This document shows, piece after piece, positions 1-8,080 of a stretch of 64,000 nucleotides of DNA. The position numbers and the translations under genes were made by a program. The notes beneath the pieces are model-generated. The model had not been told where the DNA came from. It searched no databases and saw only the letters and a list, made by a program, of their open reading frames with translations. Location of the stretch: assembly GCA_964461075.1 (NCBI GenBank), contig CAYWST010000001.1:11234-75233 (forward strand), given 5' to 3'. Each line of letters opens with the position of its first letter. Position 1 is the first letter of the stretch. The DNA comes from an uncultured Solibacteraceae bacterium (GTDB taxonomy: Bacteria; Acidobacteriota; Terriglobia; Bryobacterales; Bryobacteraceae).

Positions 1-2506
1 GCAGCCCCGACGAGTAGCGCTTCTCCAGCCGCGCCTGGAAGGCGTTGTAGTTGGAGTTGAAATCGCCGAAGGTCGGCCGGACGAGATTGAAGTCTCTGTA
101 CAGGCGCCGGGCCTGCGTGTTGGCCAGAGTCGCGCCAGGCCCCGGCACGGCTGGATTGACTTCGCGGTAGCCGGGGAATTTCACGCCATTCGATCCGACG
201 TAGCCGACTTCCGCGAGAAGTTGAAACGGAAGCCTCTGCTGGACGGTGAGATGCCAGTGCTGCGCGTAGGGGCTGCGCAGCTCGGGCGAGAAGCCGATGA
301 CGAGGCAGGGGCAGGGGAAGTTGCGGGAAGGGTCGGTCTGCGGGTTGGTGGGGAAGTTCTGGTAAGGGTTTGTGAAGCTGGGCACACCATCGACTTGAAT
401 GAAGCGGTTGAACGGCGGCACGTTGATGTTCTGAAAAACGGCCACCCCGGGGATAGCGTCATAGAAGATCCCGTAGCCGCCGCGGATGCTCGTGTTTCCG
501 CCGCCCGTGAGGTCGTAGGCGAAGCCGAAGCGCGGCGCGAAGTTGTTCGCGTCGGTCTGTATCGTGGCGCGGGGCACGCCGTTGTCGCCGGGATAGAGCA
601 AATTGACCGGCGCGTCGGGGCGGACAGTGGATTTCCGGCCGGGCTGGAAACTGGCGACGCGATCGTACTTGTCGTAATACGGCAGACCCAGGTCGTAGCG
701 CAGTCCGAGATTGAGAGTCAACCGGCGAGAGACCTTCCAATCGTCCTGCATGTAGAAACCGTAGGTGGAGCCGAAGAAGTGTTTCGATGGGTCGCCGCCA
801 CCCTGGCGGAACTGCGCGGCGCGGCCGAGGAGGAAATCCGCGGTCACATTGCCGGATGCCGACCCGTTGATGGTGAAATCCCCGTTGGGGCGGTTAGGGA
901 AGACAAGGAAGATCTGGGAGCGCTGGAAATCGAAGCCCATTTTGAGCGAGTGGCGCCCGCGAATCCAGGTGAGGTTGTCATTGAGCTGGTAGTTATTGCG
1001 AGCAATCTGAGTGAAAGCCTGGCCGGCGTCGCCCACGGTAAACAGACCGGAAAGTTGAACGAGCGGCATTCCGAGCGCAGTGGCTTCCGTCGGCGTATAG
1101 ACGAATCCAAGATCGGCAGGTGAAACGCCCGAACGGGTCACAGGAAGAGAGAACTGGCGCAGGAAGCTGAAGCTGGCCTCGTTCAGCAGCGTAGGCGAGA
1201 AGGCGTGCGTATCGCTGATCACGGCGCCATGGTTGTAGTCCTTCGCCGCCGAACCGGCGGGCGAAAAGTTGGCCGGGCCGAGCGGATTGAAATTATCGTT
1301 TTGCCCATAGGAGTACCGAAGGAAGAGGGAGTTGGCGTCGGAGAAGCGATGGTCTCCCCGGAGTCCGTACTGGTTCGACTTGACGGTGCGGGCGGGAGCA
1401 GCGAGGTAGCGGTTACCGGCGGAATTGGAGCGCGGGATATAGCGTTCGAGAATGTTCCGGGCCGCTGTGTCGATGCGAGTCGAGGGAATGATGTCGCCGG
1501 GAAACGGCTGGCCCGTCGAGGGGTCGCGCGGCTTCGTCGAAGAGGCCGAGTAGTTGCCGGTGCGCTCGAGGTCGCTCAAAACGACAACGTTGTTCACCAG
1601 ACCCTCGCTCGAGCGGACGCCCTCGTAGTAGCCGAAGATGAAGGTTCTGTCCTTGACGATGGGCGCTCCCGCGGATGCGCCGAACTGGTTCAGCCGGAGC
1701 GGCGGCTTGGAGGCGGAAAAGAAGTTCCGGGCGTCGAGCGCGTCGTTGCGGAGAAACTCCCACAGCGCGGCATGGAGCTTGTTCGTTCCGGAGCGTGTGA
1801 TGGCGGTCACAACCGAGCCGGAGTTCTGACCGTACTCGGCGGCATAGTTGTGCGTCACCATCTTGAACTGAGAGAGGGAGTCAGGCGGAGGGATGAGCAC
1901 GTAGCCCGAGTTGAGCGTGTCGTTGTTGGAGACGCCGTCGAGGAGGAAGTTGTTGGATTGCGTGCGCTGGCCGTTGATCGAGAACGCGGAGTTCGAGGTG
2001 GCGCCGCCGAGACGCTGAGGCGTTGGAACCGCGCCGGGGATCAGCAGGCCAAGTTGAGTGAAGTTGCGGCCGTTCAGCGGCAGCTCGACGATCTGGCGCG
2101 ACTGCACGACGACCCCGCTGGTGGAGTCGGAGGTGTTCACCAGAGGCGCTTCGGCATTGACGTTCACGGCCGTTTCCTGCGTGGAGAGGGAAAGTTGGAA
2201 GTCGATCCGGAGAGTGTCGTTCACGTTGACGGGCAACGCCGTGCGGGATTGGGTCTGGAAGCCCTTGGCGGAAACCGTGATTTCGTAAGTTCCCACGGGA
2301 AGGAGAGCCAACGTATAGGCGCCCGAAGAATCAGTGCCGGCTTCCCGGCGAAAGCCCGTGGCGGAGGATTCCACCTTGACTTGCGCTCCTGCGACCGCGG
2401 CTCCGCTGGGATCGAGCACGATGCCCGTCATGGAGCCGGTCCGCTGCTGGGCGAAGGCGAATAGTCCAATGAAGGATAGAGATAGAGAGAGGGCGATGTG
2501 ACGCAT
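1..2506 (-). CDS. TonB-dependent receptor-like outer-membrane protein with N-terminal carboxypeptidase-regulatory-like domain (3' end lies beyond the window start)
   Basis: I translated the minus strand from the ATG at 2506-2504: MRHIALSLSLSFIGLFAFAQQRTGSMTGIVLDPSGAAVAGAQVKVESSATGF...VVVQSRQIVELPLNGRNFTQL. This shows a signal peptide, a CarboxypepD_reg-like segment and a plug-like segment. The same frame is still open at nt 2-58 (NSNYNAFQARLEKRYSSGL, barrel-strand-like). It is missing from the ORF track because no stop lies in the window. Plus-strand ORFs 221-1123 and 1205-2464 are its antisense shadows. Confidence 0.75.
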   Translation of the reverse strand, partial: MRHIALSLSLSFIGLFAFAQQRTGSMTGIVLDPSGAAVAGAQVKVESSATGFRREAGTDSSGAYTLALLPVGTYEITVSAKGFQTQSRTALPVNVNDTLRIDFQLSLSTQETAVNVNAEAPLVNTSDSTSGVVVQSRQIVELPLNGRNFTQLGLLIPGAVPTPQRLGGATSNSAFSINGQRTQSNNFLLDGVSNNDTLNSGYVLIPPPDSLSQFKMVTHNYAAEYGQNSGSVVTAITRSGTNKLHAALWEFLRNDALDARNFFSASKPPLRLNQFGASAGAPIVKDRTFIFGYYEGVRSSEGLVNNVVVLSDLERTGNYSASSTKPRDPSTGQPFPGDIIPSTRIDTAARNILERYIPRSNSAGNRYLAAPARTVKSNQYGLRGDHRFSDANSLFLRYSYGQNDNFNPLGPANFSPAGSAAKDYNHGAVISDTHAFSPTLLNEASFSFLRQFSLPVTRSGVSPADLGFVYTPTEATALGMPLVQLSGLFTVGDAGQAFTQIARNNYQLNDNLTWIRGRHSLKMGFDFQRSQIFLVFPNRPNGDFTINGSASGNVTADFLLGRAAQFRQGGGDPSKHFFGSTYGFYMQDDWKVSRRLTLNLGLRYDLGLPYYDKYDRVASFQPGRKSTVRPDAPVNLLYPGDNGVPRATIQTDANNFAPRFGFAYDLTGGGNTSIRGGYGIFYDAIPGVAVFQNINVPPFNRFIQVDGVPSFTNPYQNFPTNPQTDPSRNFPCPCLVIGFSPELRSPYAQHWHLTVQQRLPFQLLAEVGYVGSNGVKFPGYREVNPAVPGPGATLANTQARRLYRDFNLVRPTFGDFNSNYNAFQARLEKRYSSGL

Positions 2507-2574
2507 GAGTGAATATTCTTAGGTTAGCCAACGCCTGCTACAGGGCGGTGAATTGGCGGTATAAAGTGGTATCA

Positions 2575-3306
2575 ATGTCTCTGACCTACTCCTACCTCGA
2601 CGTGGCGAAGATGATCGATCATTCGCTTCTGAATCCGACACTGACAATGGCGGATCTCGAACACGGCATCGCGCTCGCGCTCGCCTATGATGTAGCCAGC
2701 GTCTGTATCCTGCCTTACGCTCTGCGCATGTGCGCGGAGCGATTGAAGGGGTCGAACGTCAAGGCTTCGACCACCATCGGATTCCCTCACGGCGGGCACA
2801 CGACCTCCATCAAACTGGCGGAGACGAAGCAGGCGATCGCCGATGGCGGCGAGGAGCTCGACATGGTGGTCAACATCAGCCAGGTTCTTTCCGGCAACTG
2901 GACCTCCGTGAAGGAAGACATCAGCGCCGTCGTGTCGGAGACCCACGCGGCGGGGCAGAAGGTCAAAGTCATCTTCGAGAACGCCTACCTGAAGGACGAG
3001 CACAAGATCCGGCTGTGCGAGATCTGCGCCGAGGCCGGCGCCGATTGGGTGAAGACCTCGACGGGCTATGCACCATCGGGAGCGACAGACGAGGACCTGA
3101 TCCTGATGCGAAAGCACTCGCCGGCGCATGTGCAGGTGAAGGCGGCGGGGGGGATTCGCGATCTTGACGCCCTGCTGCGAGTCCGCGCGTTAGGCGTGAC
3201 GCGCTGCGGCGCGACTCGAACGGCGTCCATGATGGACGACGCGCGGGGCCGGCTTGGCCTTGCACTGATCAGTTTCCCGGCTGCGCCTGCGCCAGCCGGC
3301 TACTAA
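2575..3306 (+). CDS. deoC: deoxyribose-phosphate aldolase
   Basis: ORF 2509-3306. I moved the start to the internal ATG (MSLTYSYLDVAKMIDHSLLNP) because 2509 would lie 2 nt from the divergent receptor start. DeoC-type motifs are TTIGFPHGG, ELDMVVN, KVIFE, DWVKTSTGY and KAAGGIR. Confidence 0.85.
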   Translation: MSLTYSYLDVAKMIDHSLLNPTLTMADLEHGIALALAYDVASVCILPYALRMCAERLKGSNVKASTTIGFPHGGHTTSIKLAETKQAIADGGEELDMVVNISQVLSGNWTSVKEDISAVVSETHAAGQKVKVIFENAYLKDEHKIRLCEICAEAGADWVKTSTGYAPSGATDEDLILMRKHSPAHVQVKAAGGIRDLDALLRVRALGVTRCGATRTASMMDDARGRLGLALISFPAAPAPAGY

Positions 3307-3321
3307 GAAGGGAATGGAATC

Positions 3322-4236
3322 ATGCTCCAACTCGGTTTTGTCAGTGCGATCCTGCCGGATCTGAACCTTGAAGAGGTCCTCAACTTCGCGGGCGAGGAGG
3401 GCTTCGATTGCGTTGAACTGATGTGCTGGCCCGCCGGCAAGGCGGAGCGCCGGTACGCGGGTGTCACGCACATCGACTGCAGCTCCTTCAAGAAGGGTGA
3501 CGTCGCCCGGATCAAAGAGATGCTGGAAGAAAGCGGCGTCGACATCAGCGGCCTGGGCTACTATCCGAACCCGCTGGCGGCGGACGCAGCCGAGGCGAAG
3601 ACGTACGTCGATCACTTGAAGAAGGTGATCAAGGCCGCATCGCTCCTGGGCGTCGACGTTGTCAACACTTTTGTCGGCCGCGATCCGGTGAAGAGCGTCG
3701 ACGAGAACTGGCCGCGGTTCCTGAAGACGTGGAAGCCGCTCATCGCCTTCGCGGAGGACAACGGCGTCAAAGTCGCCATCGAGAACTGCCCCATGTCGTT
3801 CACGCGCGACGAGTGGCCGGGGGGCAAGAACCTGGCGACGAGCCCGGCCATCTGGCGCCGGATGTTTAACGACATTCCCTCGAAGAACTTCGGATTGAAC
3901 TTCGACCCGTCGCACTTCGTCTGGCAGCAGATGGACTACGTCGGCGTCCTGCGGGAGTTCCAGGAGAAGCTGTTCCACGTCCACGCCAAAGACGCCAGAG
4001 TCGATTGGGAGCGGCTGAATGAGGTCGGGTTGCTCGCCTATCCGGCGCAGTACCACACGCCCAAACTGCCTGGACTCGGCGACGTCGACTGGGGTGAGTT
4101 CATGGGCGCGCTCTGCGAGGTTTACAGCGGCCCTGTGTGCATCGAAGTCGAGGACCGCGCCTACGAGGGCGAACTGGAGATGAGAGAAGGGGCGCTGGTG
4201 CAATCGGCGCGGTATCTCTGCCAATTCATGCCGTGA
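3322..4236 (+). CDS. sugar phosphate isomerase/epimerase (xylose isomerase-like TIM barrel)
   Basis: 304-aa ORF with no signal peptide. The TIM-barrel family pattern is present ([30 protein letters not shown]). An AAGGGA-like RBS precedes the ATG. Confidence 0.8.
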   Translation: MLQLGFVSAILPDLNLEEVLNFAGEEGFDCVELMCWPAGKAERRYAGVTHIDCSSFKKGDVARIKEMLEESGVDISGLGYYPNPLAADAAEAKTYVDHLKKVIKAASLLGVDVVNTFVGRDPVKSVDENWPRFLKTWKPLIAFAEDNGVKVAIENCPMSFTRDEWPGGKNLATSPAIWRRMFNDIPSKNFGLNFDPSHFVWQQMDYVGVLREFQEKLFHVHAKDARVDWERLNEVGLLAYPAQYHTPKLPGLGDVDWGEFMGALCEVYSGPVCIEVEDRAYEGELEMREGALVQSARYLCQFMP

Positions 4237-4254
4237 TGAGGAGTGTAAGTCACA

Positions 4255-4926
4255 TTGAGTAGACCGGCGCCCAAACTCAAACTCAACTTGGAACGGCTCA
4301 CCAGTGAAGCGGCTCGTTTTGCGGAGAGGGAATCAGGGCACTTTGAGCCGAGCTTGTATGGCGTGACTGACGGAAAAGCAATCGGCACATACTTGGAGCA
4401 GAAGTTTCGGAACTACCTCACTCGCGTTTACTCGTTCGACGAGGGCAATTCGGCCAGAGGAATCGATTCCCCTTCGCTCGGCGTGGACATGAAGGTTACG
4501 AGCGTTACTCAGCCGCAGTCCTCTTGCCCCTTTAAGTCGGGCAGGCAGAAGGTGTTCGGACTAGGCTACTCGCTTCTGGTCTTTGCGTATGAGAAGAGCG
4601 ATCACGCCCGGAAACGAGCGGGGCTCCTGCAGATCCGGCACGTCCTCTTCGTAGAGGCGCACAGGACAGGTGATTATCAAACTACGCGGGGACTGCTGGA
4701 AATTCTGGAAAGGGAGGGCACCCAGGATGAACTTGTCGCTTTTATGACCGACCGAATGCTCCCAGTGGACGAGATCGAGGCTATCAAGATCGCTGAAGAC
4801 CTGCTGGGCGGAGCGAAGCTAGAACAGGGTTACCTGACCATTTCCAACGCACTTCAATGGCGGCTTCAGTATTCTAGGGCGATCAGTCAGGCGGGCCAGG
4901 TGGATGGGGTTAGGCGAGTTCGATGA
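4255..4926 (+). CDS. type II restriction endonuclease, MutH/Sau3AI-like PD-(D/E)xK fold (putative)
   Basis: TTG start 11 nt after GAGGAG. The motif GKAIGTYLEQ...GIDSPSLGVDMKVTS (D-x6-D-x-K) matches the spacing of the MutH catalytic D70/E77/K79. ATGA overlap with the downstream methyltransferase. G+C is lower than in the flanks. Confidence 0.6.
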   Translation: MSRPAPKLKLNLERLTSEAARFAERESGHFEPSLYGVTDGKAIGTYLEQKFRNYLTRVYSFDEGNSARGIDSPSLGVDMKVTSVTQPQSSCPFKSGRQKVFGLGYSLLVFAYEKSDHARKRAGLLQIRHVLFVEAHRTGDYQTTRGLLEILEREGTQDELVAFMTDRMLPVDEIEAIKIAEDLLGGAKLEQGYLTISNALQWRLQYSRAISQAGQVDGVRRVR

Positions 4927-6413
4927 GCAAACCAGGAAAGCGGCTTGAGTTTGGGGACTACCAGACACCGCCAGGGCTGGCCAAGAGGTGCTGCCAGCTA
5001 CTGAGAGAGAATCGGATCGAGCCGCGATCGGTATTGGAACCTACATGCGGGGTAGGCGCATTTCTGTTTGCCTGCGCTGACGAGTTTAGCGGTCTCAACC
5101 ACCTCTCAGGGCTGGAAATCAACGCGCAGTACGTTGAGACAGCGCAAAGAATCGCGGCGGAGAGACCCAGTAGAACACCAATTGAAGTTGCACAAGCCAG
5201 CTTCTTTACGGGTCAATGGAGGGATTCGATCGCTAAGCTTACAGAGCCCCTGCTTGTGATCGGGAATCCGCCTTGGGTCACGAACTCGTCCCTCTCTACG
5301 GTAGGGAGCGGTAACCTTCCTGCGAAGTCGAACTTCAAGGAACAATCCGGGCTGGACGCTGTGACCGGAAAGAGCAATTTCGACATTTCCGAGTATATGC
5401 TCATCAAACTCGCGGAGGAGCTCCAGGGCCGCCGCGCATGGCTGGCCATGCTGTGTAAGACCACCGTTGCGCGAAAGATTATGGTTTACTGCTGGAAGCG
5501 TGGCCTGGAACTCGAGGACTGCCAGATGTACCCAGTCGATGCCGGGAGATTCTTCGGTGCTGCGGTAGACGCCTGTTTCTTCGTCGCGGCGTTTGGTGGG
5601 GTGAACGCAAGACGGCAATGCGTCGTCCACTCAGGACTGCATCAGCATCCCGTGAAGACCCTCGGATACCGCGACGGCATGGTGATTTCGAAACTGGACG
5701 AATACGAGCGGTGGCGCCACTTCACGGGGGAAAGCCGGTTCACATGGCGGTCTGGGATCAAGCACGACTGTGCGAAGGTCATGGAGTTCACGGAAATCGA
5801 CGGGCGCCTTGTGAACGGGTACGGCGAGGTTCCCGAGTTGGAGCGCGACTACCTCTACCCATTGCTGAAAAGCAGTACGTTGGCAGGCGCCGCGCGCGCG
5901 GAAAAGCGATGGGTACTTATTACGCAACGGGAAGTGGGTCAGAATACGGCTGAACTCGAAGTAAAAGCTCCCAGGGTCTGGGAATACCTCCGAGCACACT
6001 CGGAGCAACTGGCCAGGCGAGCCAGCAGCATCTATCGGGGGCGGCCTCGCTTCTCAATCTTCGGTGTTGGAAGCTACTCATTCGCGCCATGGAAAATCGG
6101 CATCTCCGGCCTTTACAAGCGATTGCAGTTTCGCCTCATCTCGCCGCAAGAGGGAAGGCCAGTGATGCTCGATGATACAGGGTACTTTCTTCCCTGTGGT
6201 TCCGAGAATGAGGCTAGGCAGATCATGACGGTTCTCGAATCTGCCCAAGTTGGAGAGTTCTACAACTCGCTCATCCACTGGGATTCAAAACGCCCGATTA
6301 CCGTCGAGATCCTGAGCAGGCTGTGCATTGAGAAGGCTGCGTCTTGGCTGGGCTACCCATTGGAAGCCGACGGTGACAAGAGGGAGGACCGGCAGGGTAG
6401 GTTGTTTGCGTAA
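4923..6413 (+). CDS. N6-adenine DNA methyltransferase, gamma-class (TaqI/Eco57I-like)
   Basis: Motif I is EPTCGVGAFLF, followed about 75 aa later by motif IV IGNPPW. A C-terminal region of about 300 aa is consistent with a target-recognition domain. Translationally coupled (ATGA) to the upstream nuclease gene. Confidence 0.8.
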   Translation: MSKPGKRLEFGDYQTPPGLAKRCCQLLRENRIEPRSVLEPTCGVGAFLFACADEFSGLNHLSGLEINAQYVETAQRIAAERPSRTPIEVAQASFFTGQWRDSIAKLTEPLLVIGNPPWVTNSSLSTVGSGNLPAKSNFKEQSGLDAVTGKSNFDISEYMLIKLAEELQGRRAWLAMLCKTTVARKIMVYCWKRGLELEDCQMYPVDAGRFFGAAVDACFFVAAFGGVNARRQCVVHSGLHQHPVKTLGYRDGMVISKLDEYERWRHFTGESRFTWRSGIKHDCAKVMEFTEIDGRLVNGYGEVPELERDYLYPLLKSSTLAGAARAEKRWVLITQREVGQNTAELEVKAPRVWEYLRAHSEQLARRASSIYRGRPRFSIFGVGSYSFAPWKIGISGLYKRLQFRLISPQEGRPVMLDDTGYFLPCGSENEARQIMTVLESAQVGEFYNSLIHWDSKRPITVEILSRLCIEKAASWLGYPLEADGDKREDRQGRLFA

Positions 6414-6538
6414 GCAGTCTCGGCATAAGAACCTGACGGCAAGGCGTGGAGTCTTGGGTAACCTGTTTCCGGCCTTTTCGTCTTTTTGTTGTACCCTAGA
6501 AGTGAAGATTGCATTCAGAGTTGGAGGTCTCTTTTTGT

Positions 6539-7696
6539 ATGTTGCGTAGAGCCGCGTTGGCCGTGGCGCTGACAGCGTTGTCGGGCGCCATCGCCTTTGG
6601 ACAGATGGGCACATTCATGGGCAAGGTCGTCGGCGAAGACGGCAAAGGTGTCCAGAACGTTGTCATTAAGATTGAGCGCAAGGACATCAAGGGGAACTGG
6701 CAGACCAAGACGAACAAGAAGGGCGACTGGATCTACAGTGGCATGCCCGTGCCCGGCCAGTTTGTCATCACCTGCGAAGTCAACGGCCAGGTGGCCGACC
6801 AGTTGAACGGCGTGCGCAGCCAGATGGGCGACCCGGTGGAACTGAAGGACTTCTGCGACCTGAAAAAGATCATTGCCAAGAGGAAAGCGCAGGAAGCGGC
6901 GATACAGACAGGCCAGGTGACGCAGGAGATCGCCCGCGACATGACGCCCGAGCAGAAGGCGGCCATGGAGAAGGCAATGAAGGAGCGGTCGCAGCAGATG
7001 GCCAAGAACAAGGCCCTGAACGACTCCTACAACGCCGGCATGGCGGCGATGCAGGCCAAGGACTTCGCCACCGCCATTGACAGCTTCAAGAAGGCGGCCG
7101 AGATCGACCCGAAGCAGGCGGCGGTCTGGATCCAACTGGCGCAGGCCTACGACCAGTCCTCCAACACCAAGACGGGCGCCGAGAAGGACGCCGCCCTACA
7201 GGGCGCGGCGGACAATTACGTGAAGTCCATCGAACTGCTTCCCGCTGACGCCGGCCTGCACAACAACTACGGTCTGGTCCTGGCCAAGCAGAAGAAGTTC
7301 GCCGAAGCGCAGGCAGAATTAGAAAAAGCGGCTCAGCTCGATCCTCCCGGCGGCGGCAAGTACTTCTTCAATCTCGGCGCGGTGATGATCAATACCGGCC
7401 AGACCGACCCTGCCATCAACGCCTTCAAGAAGGCGGTGGAACTCGACCCCAAGTATGCCCCGGCATGGTTCCAGCTCGGCAGCGCGCTCAGCGGCAAGCT
7501 GACGATGACCGCCGACGGCAAGCCGGTTCCGCCCGATGGAATGCAGGCCGCGCTCGAGAAATACCTTGAACTGGACCCGGCTGGTCCAAACGCCGAGGCG
7601 GCCAAGAGTCTCCTCACGGTCATCACGGGCACTATCGAGACGAAGTACGTCAATCCGGACGCCAAGAAAGCTCCGGCGAAGAAGACCAAGAAGTAA
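6539..7696 (+). CDS. exported TPR-repeat protein with N-terminal carboxypeptidase-regulatory-like domain
   Basis: ORF 6509-7696. The start is set at the ATG 11 nt after GGAGG (MLRRAALAVALTALSGAIAFGQ signal peptide). GKVVGEDGKGVQNVVIKIE is a beta-sandwich-like segment. Repeated TPR-like A-x-x-x-Y/F-x-x-A-x-E-L/I-D-P units follow, and the tail is Lys-rich. Confidence 0.7.
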   Translation: MLRRAALAVALTALSGAIAFGQMGTFMGKVVGEDGKGVQNVVIKIERKDIKGNWQTKTNKKGDWIYSGMPVPGQFVITCEVNGQVADQLNGVRSQMGDPVELKDFCDLKKIIAKRKAQEAAIQTGQVTQEIARDMTPEQKAAMEKAMKERSQQMAKNKALNDSYNAGMAAMQAKDFATAIDSFKKAAEIDPKQAAVWIQLAQAYDQSSNTKTGAEKDAALQGAADNYVKSIELLPADAGLHNNYGLVLAKQKKFAEAQAELEKAAQLDPPGGGKYFFNLGAVMINTGQTDPAINAFKKAVELDPKYAPAWFQLGSALSGKLTMTADGKPVPPDGMQAALEKYLELDPAGPNAEAAKSLLTVITGTIETKYVNPDAKKAPAKKTKK

Positions 7697-7720
7697 CCGC
7701 GGCGGCGGTTCTCCGATCGT

Positions 7721-7758
7721 AACGGCGCGTGTGGAGGAAACTCCGCCGCGCCGTTTTC
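7721..7758 (+). terminator. rho-independent terminator candidate after the TPR gene
   Basis: AACGGCGCG (7721-7729) pairs with CGCGCCGTT (7746-7754). Inner GGAG/CTCC pairing extends the stem. A TTTT run follows directly, 25 nt after the stop at 7696. Confidence 0.55.
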
Positions 7759-7783
7759 GTATGTTGATTAGAGAGGATTTCAA

Positions 7784-8080
7784 ATGGGCAGGATTTTGAG
7801 GATCATCGTCGTCACCATCCTGGTGGTCTTCGCCCTGCGGGCGGTGCGGATGATCTGGTCGGCCCTGACTGGCGGCGAGAAGACCGCAGCGCGAGGAGGC
7901 GCGGGCGGCAGCGGTCCCGGACAGCAGGCGGAGGCCGTCCCGACCAGCGGAGTTCTGCGCAAGTGCGCGCACTGCGGCGTCTTCACCAGTGAGGCGCTGG
8001 CGCTCAAGGAGACAAGCGGAACGGAGCCTGTTTACTTCTGCTCGGCCGAGTGCAGGAGTCAGGGCCGCGGGCAGTCATGA
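7784..8080 (+). CDS. small membrane protein with C-terminal Cys4 zinc-ribbon (PP0621-family-like)
   Basis: N-terminal TM helix (ILRIIVVTILVVFALRAV), a Gly-rich linker, then C-x2-C ... C-x3-C (CAHCGVFTSE...YFCSAEC). This resembles the PP0621-type small proteins I recall. ATGA overlap with the next gene. Confidence 0.5.
   Translation: MGRILRIIVVTILVVFALRAVRMIWSALTGGEKTAARGGAGGSGPGQQAEAVPTSGVLRKCAHCGVFTSEALALKETSGTEPVYFCSAECRSQGRGQS

Noticed and set aside
221-2464. Long plus-strand ORFs 221-1123 (300 aa) and 1205-2464 (419 aa).
   Set aside because: They are Arg/Gly/Ala/Val-rich with no motifs, and they lie antisense to a convincing TonB-dependent-receptor frame that stays open across 1-2506. 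This is the typical shadow-ORF pattern of a high-GC gene.
3190-4224. 344-aa minus-strand ORF opposite the sugar isomerase gene. Similar antisense ORFs occur at 9109-10236, 22731-23933, 27398-28411, 31208-32560, 34096-35004, 47630-48655, 48767-49759, 50230-52014, 53007-54314 and 59157-60347.
   Set aside because: Each is antisense to a gene with clear family motifs and has a low-complexity R/G/P/A-rich composition. They are high-GC shadow ORFs, not overlapping genes.
6414-6538. T-rich stretch (CCGGCCTTTTCGTCTTTTTG) after the methyltransferase gene, considered as an intrinsic terminator.
   Set aside because: I could not find a convincing GC-rich stem immediately upstream of the T-run. It may simply be AT-rich junction DNA of the inserted cassette.
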